Below are positions 50,301 to 59,628 of a stretch of DNA of 59,628 bases, piece by piece. Both the position numbers and the translations under genes were made by a program. The DNA comes from Oopsacas minuta (Eukaryota; Animalia; Porifera), in assembly GCA_024704765.1 (NCBI GenBank), contig JAKMXF010000345.1:204397-264024 (forward strand), read 5' to 3'. Position 1 is the stretch's first letter; every line of letters starts with the position of its first letter. The notes below the pieces were generated by a model. That model saw only the letters and a list, made by a program, of their open reading frames with translations, was not told where the DNA came from and searched no databases.

Positions 50301-53300
50301 ATATTCATTATTTGGTTTTAACGACTAATGATTTTGTTCATTGCTAAGAAACATGACCCCAGGGGCCCTAGCTGCACACCAGTATGTCGGTTGAATATTT
50401 TTGAAATTCGTAATTCAAAAGTTAGGTAAATAGTAAGTTTAGCTAGCGAATTAGGCCCCCTGACCCTATTCAAGTGAGTGTATATCCACTTTACTTGCTA
50501 CCACAGTACAATCACGATTAGTTATCCGAAGTCATTCGGACTGGTCAAAAGCGTTCGGATATTTTCTATCCTGATGATCAAGCAGGGAGGAGGGTCACTT
50601 GGGAGAGCTAACTCATAGGTGACTTCATTTTAAAATAGAGATTTTAGAAATACTCAATAACCCCCTCCACCAAGCACTTAATACTTCTCCGAAATTCTTG
50701 CCTTCGACCCCTACACCCCTCCAAAAAGTGCCTTTAGAACTCCTATATATGACAAATTTAATATTAATTCAACCCGATTTAGGTAATATTGGATTAGATT
50801 TCGATCTCAATAGACAATTCCAGCTCCAGAAGTTTCCGAACAAATAAAGTACAAAATATATATTCATGTCATGATCATATCCTAACAAGAGTTTATACAC
50901 ATGTATAGTAAATATTTGACTAAAAACATACGAAATCATGTAATATTAAGTGAAAAATAACAATAGAAATGTCTTTGCAGACAGACAGATAGTGCAGCTC
51001 AGGGATAATTATTTGTTTTTGTTTTTTTCAGGGGGGCACGCCCCTGACTCCTGTATAGATGAGTGTGAAGATTCTATGTAAAATAATCCCAAAATAATTA
51101 AGACAGTATCAACTGACGGTTAATAATTGAACTTGAATAATTCCCAAACCTTTGTATTTTGCTCTAAAAATATTTGCAAAGATTGTATGACTTTAGATAT
51201 TGCGTCAATGAATCTGAACTTCCTTGTTAGGAAATTACATGTCCTGTAATTTAAGTTAAAGCCCAAGCATGTCAGAATACCGAAATGCCAGGTACCTCAT
51301 GGCTAAATTCTAAAAATTGGACCCACCACCTGGCTAAAGGGTCCAATATTTCCGGAGTGACCCCCCCTGGATCGAGGTCTATTTTATAAATGGTGGAAAG
51401 GGAAGTGGGACAAGGGGTATATTCGAATAATCGAGGGTGCACTCAGGGTTTCATGCAACATTTATGAACCATACGCCTTAAATTTCCCCCTCAGTTTTCC
51501 GCGCGCCTAGAGTATACATATATTATTACGGTATGGGGGTCTTGCTCGAATTTTGACGCGCCTGTAGGCGCGTTGCATACGCCTGGATGAAACCTGGGTG
51601 CACCGTACCATCAACTTTAACAAACCTGTATTCTGATTAATCTCCACACTAAGTTGTATTGGAGTACCATCATCCATATGGTCAATAGATTCAGTACATG
51701 CTCTACCAGTTCTATTCTGAAAATCTTTAGCAAACTTCTTTAATACTTCTCTAACAGCTGTTTCAGCATTACTCTGTATATGTCCCATGTAAGCCTGTAC
51801 AATTGGCAGTGAGTATTCTTGTATTAGCTCTTCTATTAGAATTGCTCCTTTCTTGTTTGCTGCTATTTGTGCCTTTAAATCTGATAGATTATCACTAAGA
51901 GTTCTGGTGCCTAGAATTTACAACAAAACAAACAAACAAACAAACGAATAGACATCCAAACAGCATAGGCGTAGCTAGGGCGTTTCTGGCAATCCCAGAG
52001 AAATAGTCAGCAACCCCAGTGGCAGCCCCAAAGAGGAAAAGTTAGCTACGCCTCTGACAACCAAACAAGCAGATTGATAGACAGACAGACTGACTGACTG
52101 ACTGACTGACTGACTGACTGACTGACTGACTGACAGAGAGACAACAAAAACAAGCTTCTAATAGAGTTCGCATATTAGTTGCTCACTTCACAAGTCCTGT
52201 ACTACGTAATACCTCACCTGCTTGATTTAACAGTTCAGCGAGTTTATCTTCCAACAAAACACCTCTATCAATCATACGAAATGACTTAACACTCAATCCC
52301 TCCTGAGATATATCAGTAGAGAAAGGAGGCATACTACCTGGAGTTAGTCCGCCTATATCAGCATGATGTGCACGACTAGCAACAAAGAAAATAGGCTCAT
52401 TAACTCCAGTACGAAATACAGGTGTTATTACAGTTAAATCAGGTAGATGAGATCCTCCAGCAGATGGGTGATTAGATAGAAATACGTCACCTGACTGCAT
52501 ATCCTCTCTGTGTAGTATCATTTGGTATTGTACAGCTTCTTGCATTGCACCTGGGTAAGAAATCAGATAATATGTAGAACATGGTTTGTGTAGGTTTCCA
52601 GGTGTGTAGTAATAGCCAATTGATGGTAATCGTGATGTAATTGTACTTATAATACAGGTGATTGTAGTACAGTAGAACTTGGATAATATGTATCCGTCGG
52701 GAAGCAAAATTTGGTACGCACAAACCAAAGTACTTCTTATTCGAATGTTCTTTATATACAATTACAGAGGAGTCTCCGAATAACTGGCACATTGGGGACA
52801 TGGCTTCTGTCCGTTGTAGAGAATTGTCCGCTCCTCGGAGACTGCTTAAGTATTAATTACAAGCTTGGCAAATTCAATCGGTGCCACAAGGTTTGTCCAT
52901 TGTAGGGGGTTGTCCGCATCTCGGAGTGTCCGTTTTGGGAGACTCCACTGTAGACAAAATTGATAATCAGTATTCGAGAAAAGTAAGTACTAGCCGAATT
53001 CTATTGTAATGAATTACTTGAATAATGTGAAAACGTTCATTTATTACTGTTGACTTATTGGGATCAGCAGAATAATATAAAGGAAATTGTACCGATGTAA
53101 ATAGCATAGCAATTATAATTATAATTAGGTGTAATTCCGTAGTAGGTATAACAGATTATTAGTGGGGGCCTTCAAAACTGTATATTGCAAAACATTTAGC
53201 CTCAATGTATCCATAGAAACCATCTGTACTATCGTTTTGTATATTATGTACACTTATAAGTCTGAATTCTGAAATATTAAAAATAGCTAAAATGGAAATT

Positions 53301-56300
53301 TCACTTTAGAAGAGTGGGGCCTAGTTTGCAACATCCAAAATGTACATACCTGAGAATTATCAATGTTTTGGGCATGCAAAATAATCTACTTGTTCATCAT
53401 CCCGATTTTTCCCACCTGTGCAATTATTTCATGTATTATTAACGCCATACAAGTAAAATTAATAGAGGCGCTGCATTTGTCAGCAGACAAAAATTACTTG
53501 CATCCGTCAGAATCTTTGCAGTATACCATTTGTCAGATTAGTAAAGAGTATTGACTTTAATAACTGATTTATGTGTATTTTGCTTACTATTCTTAGTATA
53601 GTGAAGAGCTTTTCACGTCGGAGTAGTGTCAGCATTGGTCCTGGAGCGGGATGTTTTAAGGACGTTTGACTACCTAATGATAGTTGGTCAAAATATGGAC
53701 AAATGCAGACTGCTAAGATTCTGATAAATGCAACTGGTTTGTCTAACAAATGCGGGCTTACTATTTACCTACAAATTGCTCTTTACTCAGTATGCCTTCC
53801 CGCCCCTCACTCAGTTTCCTAGAAATCATGGTTCATGGATGACAAACAACTAAATTACATTGCGTACATCGTACATGGCCTAATCAGAAATATAGATTTC
53901 GCAGGATAGCCAGACACACTGATGTGCCTGTCGTCCTTGATAATACAAATAAGTAAATAACAACAAAATATATTACCTAAATGTACAGGGATATGAGGAG
54001 CATTAGCAACAAGCCCTCCATCACGTCCAAATAAGGCACAGCTAAAATCCAACCTTTCCTTAATATTAGTAGAAATGGAAGTTCGTTGTAACATACGTCC
54101 CATTTGTTCTGCTATACTCATGAAACGATGAGAGAAGATTGACAATTGCACAGCGTCTATCGTATTTCCCTCTACAGAAGGGATGGATGTATTGGAGAGG
54201 GAAATGTCTATTTTGATACTACCGTTTTGTGATATAATCGCTTGACAATTTTCCTCGATTAATACCGTGGAATTTTGGTCAAGAATAATCGCAGGCCCTT
54301 GAATAGAATCTGTACTTTTTAAATTATCAAGATTGTATACTGGTGTGTCAATATAACCACGCGAAAAGTAGCACTTTGTTACTGCAACAGGATCTACGGA
54401 TGAAGATTGACCGTGTATTTCGGGTAGTTTTGGTAATTTAGATTTCCCACTCACTCTAACACGAATGTCATCAACAAATACTTCCCTCTCAATCAAAATA
54501 AACCCAAACTCAGTTTTGTATCTTGAAAGAAATGTTTCTTTATACAACGCGAGTTTACAAGAACTTTTTGACATTTCAATATTCGTGAATGGTTCACACA
54601 TCAATGCATGGTCAGTACCTGCATACCTCAAATGTAAAAAACTAGTAATTTCAAGGTTACTTTTCGTGAATCCTTTCTTTTCAAGTTTCTCCACACAAAT
54701 ATACGTCAATTTTCCAATACGTTCATCAATGTATTTGAAATTAGCCTCATTATAAGCCAAGTTACAAGGTTCTTGCTCATCCTCGACCACATCAGCTAGC
54801 GCAATACCATAAGCAGATAGAATACCAGAATATTTGTGTACGTATACAGTTTGTATGCCAAGTTTAGTTGCAATAGAACAAGCATGCTGACCACCTGCTC
54901 CACCGAAACAGGCTAACACATGTTTTGAAGTGTCAAATCCTTTTCCTTGTGTAAGTGCACGAATAGGACGACACATTGTTTCATTTGCTACATCAAGAAA
55001 TCCCATTGCAATCTCTTCAACCGACATTTGTGTTGAATTTATCTCAGAAAGATGGGAATTAATTTCCTCAGCGAGAATATCAAAGTTTACTTTTGTTGCT
55101 GAAACATTCAAAGGTTCGTCTTCATTTTTACCAAATATTTTTGGGAAGAAATCAGGAATAAGTCTTCCTAAAATAAGATTTGCATCTGTTACAGTGAGTG
55201 GACCATGTTTTCCGTATGAAGAAGGACCTGGGTTTGCACCTGCGCTATCTGGACCTACTGTAAGTAATCCGTTACGAAAGAACAATCTAGAACCTCCTCC
55301 AGCTGCCACAGTGTTGATGTCCAGTTGTGGAGCCTTGAGGAAGGAACTAGAAATAAGTATCAGAAAATTTTCAATTTATTGAAAAATGATACAACTGAAC
55401 TTGACAACATTGTCACAAAGATATTTAAAATATGTTTAAAGATAAACCCGATACACATACTGACCAAACCTGACAAACGTGACGAAACTATGTTGTCAAA
55501 TTAATCAAATTTTGAAGGTTCTAATGTGGCAAAATGCCTATATTAAATATGGAAATCCGAATGTGGATTTAGTGACTACCTTTGGGAGAGGATCAAGGTC
55601 ATTACTTACAAATTTTAGATGTTGAGGAAGGATTGATTCATAGAACATATTTAAATGCATTTTCATTAAGAGGGGATCAAGGTCTTTGCCTAAGAATTTT
55701 GATGCCGTGGAATGCTTTTTGCACTAGTTCAACACATTTTAATTGGGAGCGGAACAGTATCTTTATATACAATTTATAGATGTTGGCTAAGGATTATTTT
55801 GTACTAGTTAAACACAATTCCATTGGGAGGGGATCAGGTTTATATTCCAAAATTTTGATGTTGAGACAGTATAAATTCCCACAAGTTCCGCATGCGGAAT
55901 TACTATGTATTTATCTCTTTGATCCCGTATGCGGATTTACATTTGTTATAGCTCGCAAAATGGCAAGAGTAATATTTCTGGTTGAATCGAATCCAATAAT
56001 TCTACTCATATAGATTGCACGTGTTGCTATTGTCCTTTTATACCATACAGTGGTGGTAAACTAGTAATGAAATATTTCTATCCAAAATGAATGAGAATTC
56101 CAGAAGGGTGAGAGCCATTAACTTAATAATTATAATATAACTTGATGTCAAGAAATAGATTAAACATAATATTATCAACTGCCCTTTTAGCTCCATTTTT
56201 CAACCGCCAATACGGGAAAAAGAAGAGAGGCCGAATTATTTTTAGGACTGGAATAAGGCTGAATTAAATATGGCCGAAAAAATTCTGATTTGACTAATTT

Positions 56301-58613
56301 ATGATTAACAATGAATTTTGAAAATAAACATGCCTGATATCTCAAATAAATTCATCCCATCTTGTTCGAACTAAAATATCCTGTAGATGAATATCTTAAC
56401 CTTCTATTCAAAGACTGCTTTATCTGATCCATCTTTTACTGTTTGAAATTTTGAGTACATAATTCATAATTCTTTGCCATTTTCAATGAATTAGTTAACT
56501 AAGGCCCGAATTGTGACGGGAATTTTTATCGAAAATTTGTAAATAATGTTAAAGATATAATTGATGAATTTGTATATTTTAGTTCACTGTTTTAAGTGTA
56601 GAAAATAATTTACTTTTCGATCTTATTCCGGTTTGAAGATCCAGCATTATTCCAGTCCAAAAATAATTCGGCCTTATTCAAATCTTGTTTTTGGCTTTAT
56701 TCTGGTTTTAAAATTCGGCTTCACTCAGTCAACTCACCAAAATGTGTCAAAGAATGTCCGGCCCAGAGACTGGTAGTACACTCAGGGTTATGTGTTTTTG
56801 TTCTTTCAGGGACACCCCGTGTAGATGCCGCAATACACCAGACCCTGACTGATTTTGGACTCCTGGATCTGAGAAATATTTCAGGATATTCAATTATTTG
56901 TCCCCTACTAAACTTCATGTTTTAACCTCCAATAATATGGATAAAATTCTAAATTATTATCCTAATATTACCCCTTATCTAACTTTTGAGACGAGATCTT
57001 TAGCATCAATTTGAAATATGTGCAAATAAGGTGTAAAATATGATAAATTATATGATAAATCATGTAGATATAGATTTTAAAATGTCAAATTTGGAATCTA
57101 TATACTTGGTAACCCCTGACAAGCAGTTAACAATAATACAAATACACAATTTACTTAAATAATTGTTGGTAAAGAAACAAAAGTCAAATTCACATTGTAA
57201 ATAACAATAATTTCCATACGGGTTGGGTATTCGCTGAACTACTCGCTGAGTTCTTTTTATATCTCACCAATTTTCATGTTAATCGGACTGTTAGATTTCG
57301 CAAAGGCCGCGAGGATGGACGTACTGACGTCGTACATCGTCTATGCCATTAGGGCACCTACCCCAAAAATGAAATCGTCCAACTACGTATTTGTTAGGCA
57401 TGACTAGGTTGTGGAAATATTATATTCTATGTTCGCCAGATCCCAAGGCTAGCGAAAACTCACCTCCCGTCCAGATTTTACCTTCGCTCTATTTTACTCG
57501 TATACAAATGCTCGTGATTAATTAGGTAACACTCACCTGTATGGTAACACCTGCAGTAGTAGTCTCGAAGACATGCTCATAACTCCCAGCATATCTGCTT
57601 ACATCAGTTGAAGTACCTCCCATATCAAAACCTATAACAGCACGAGGTCTACTATCACTATCAGTGAACTCCTCCTCAAGTTGACATGTAGTTACTGCGT
57701 GACCTACAACACCACCTGCAGGGCCAGACAATATAGCACGTGAACCAAAGAACTCACTCATTGGAGTCAAACCTCCGTCTGACTGCATAAATAATACGTT
57801 TACATTCCGAAGGCGATCTGAGAAACCGTTTGAGAAATTTTCAACATACTCACGTATACCAGGAGTTAGATATGCATCAGCACATGCAGTAAATCCACGA
57901 GGTACTGCCTTACGCATAGCTATAACACTAGAAGAGAGAGATACATTACGAAAACCAAGTTCTTTCGCGATATTACCAACTTGAATTTCATGCTGGGGGT
58001 ATAAATATGAATGTAAGAATACCACAGCTAAACTCTGTATGTCTCTCTGTAGTAAATCAGTTAAATCTTTACGAACAGCTGATTCATCAATAGGCTGCAA
58101 TATATACACTTTATGACCACTCTGTGTTGATTTGGAAACATAATTCTGGGATAACTCCAAACAACACTTGTCGTTGTCAAGGACTATCCTTTCATCTACT
58201 TCAATTACATCACTGTATAGATTATCAGGTGTCTGTACACTCAAGTCGAATAGATTTGGCCGCGATTGATTCCCTATGTGGAGAAGATCTCTGAATCCTT
58301 TGGTGACAACAAGCGCAGTTTTAGTACCTCTACGTTCTAGCAGCGCATTCGTAGCTATGGTTGTACCCATTCTTATATTGCCTATTAGGTCGGTTGGTAT
58401 GGGTTTATCCTTTGGATAATCAACACCGGTTTCTTGTGATAATATGCGTCTTATTGCCTCGCGTGGAGCATCCACATAGCGCTGTGTATCTTCTGATAAT
58501 AGTTTCATTACGTGTATCTTTCCATTAGGACATGTGGCGAATACATCTGTGAATGTACCGCCACGGTCAATTGAAAAATGGAACTTTGAATCAGATGATT
58601 GTGCAGAAGACAT
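47351..58613 (-). CDS. OPLAH: 5-oxoprolinase (ATP-hydrolysing), ~1,298 aa, six exons
   Basis: Exons 58613-57537, 55333-53977, 52550-52218, 51910-51626, 48912-48534, 47816-47351 join in frame (3,897 nt). Motifs: [105 protein letters not shown]. The exon 3 donor is the least certain boundary. Confidence 0.95.
51444..51596. mobile_element. hAT-family MITE, copy 3 of 3 (internally deleted), in an OPLAH intron
   Basis: CAGGGTTTCATGCA / CTGGATGAAACCTG; TSD GGTGCACT / GGTGCACC; body shared with the 39440 and 42118 copies. Confidence 0.88.
51964..52056. mobile_element. Small MITE in an OPLAH intron
   Basis: TIRs CATAGGCGTAGCTA / TAGCTACGCCTCTG. Confidence 0.7.
52088..52131. repeat. (GACT)11 microsatellite
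   Basis: Direct reading; flanked by GACA units. Confidence 0.97.
52765..52950. mobile_element. Tc1/mariner-type MITE in OPLAH intron 2
   Basis: TIRs CAGAGGAGTCTCC / GGAGACTCCACTG with TA flanks; TGTCCG subterminal repeats. Confidence 0.85.
56228..56674. repeat. Inverted repeat pair (MITE-like) in OPLAH intron 1
   Basis: AGGCCGAATTATTTTTAGGACTGGAATA (56228) versus TATTCCAGTCCAAAAATAATTCGGCCT (56648-56674), one indel. Confidence 0.7.
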
Positions 58614-59628
58614 ATTTAATGTACTATATTATCAAAATAGACATGCGTTGAGAGTTCAGCATTTTTACCCAAAGAATATTTTTCAAACTAACGCCGAGAT
58701 AGATGTGAAGTTAGCAATACGATTAGCAGTCTATATTGAGCAATTATGACACATAATTATCTTCGGGCACCTCCCTATACTGGACAGGATTTTTGAATAA
58801 GTTTGAATTTTAATGGAACATTTGACAATTTTCATTGTAATACAGTCGAATTTGTTTTTTTCCCCAAAATGCACGGAAAAGAGGGAAAAAAGCCGAGAGG
58901 TAAAATTACCCGTTTCAACTACTAAATCATTATGTGCTTCGAGGGTTAAATTCTTAGTCTTCACCAGGGGCGTAAACAGAGTTGCGCCGCCTAATATTTA
59001 CTACATCCAGGTTCGTTTATGGACATTGAAGAGACCAAAAATTACACGAATAAATAATACAGTAGAACTCGGATAAGACGAACCCTCTCGGGATACAAAA
59101 ATCAGCACGTCTTATCCGAATATTTCCCAATATAATCAGTACAAGTTATGATAAATTAATCGAGGGCACGAAGTGCAGAGGTTAAAAAACATGAAGTGTG
59201 AGTCAACCCAGAGCAGCACGCGCAAGCGAAGAATGCTTGTAGATTTATAATGGAATCATGTATAAATTTGATAGAAAAGTTTCATAATTACACGCGTTTC
59301 TGAGGTGCAGTACGGATGCATTCTTGCTACCTAGACACGATGTTCCTAAGCCTCAATTAACTTGGAAAAATACGACACATATAGTTAGTCACCATTTCAA
59401 AATACTTTTTTCAATTCAGTTTAGATTTAGTTAACAGTAATGTTGTAGGCCTGTAACAGTTCTTTTTTAGGAATGTATCTTGTTTAATAATTCAGTTATA
59501 CTTTCAATTTACTCATATATAACTTTCTATATATGAAGTAATGTGTTTCAGAGTGTGGCTTATTCGATACAATTTGAGACAGTATTACATAATTGTTACT
59601 TTCCAATACTAAAAATATCAAATTCCTC

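Noticed and set aside
52551-52761. N-terminal extension of ORF 52183-52761 and C-terminal tail of ORF 48293-48880
   Set aside because: Intron read-through. Strong splice sites at 52551 and 48533 restore continuous OPLAH homology; the latter tail is translated AAAC repeats.

Overview
Eukaryotic, AT-rich genomic DNA with short GT-AG introns and metazoan domain content. It could be a compact-genome basal animal such as a sponge, but that is inference only. All exon models, alignments and identities below were read by eye and need computational confirmation. The left ~34 kb is a tandem cluster of at least four minus-strand receptor genes (called C, D, B, A from left to right). They are built from a repeated five-exon ectodomain module [CTL-B, CTL-A, Ig-like 1, Ig-like 2, Ig-like 3] in which nearly all exons are phase 1-1. 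Each module array leads to one giant exon encoding the last Ig-like domain, the transmembrane helix and most of the endodomain. Two endodomain classes occur. Gene D has a catalytically intact tandem tyrosine phosphatase (D1 HCSAGVGRTG/WPD plus D2). Genes A and B lack D1 and carry a tyrosine-motif-rich tail (ITAM-like in B) followed by a predicted-dead D2-like domain. Sequence variation concentrates in the lectin ligand-binding loops. An inverted signal-peptide + Ig-like paralog and an orphan D2 tail lie between A and B. An NNN gap at 7573-7575 splits B from D. The right ~25 kb holds two coiled-coil + NHL-repeat genes (one frameshifted), a putative mitoribosomal mL59-like gene, a six-exon 5-oxoprolinase (OPLAH), a decayed Gypsy-type integrase and many MITEs. 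No CRISPR array, rRNA or tRNA was seen.
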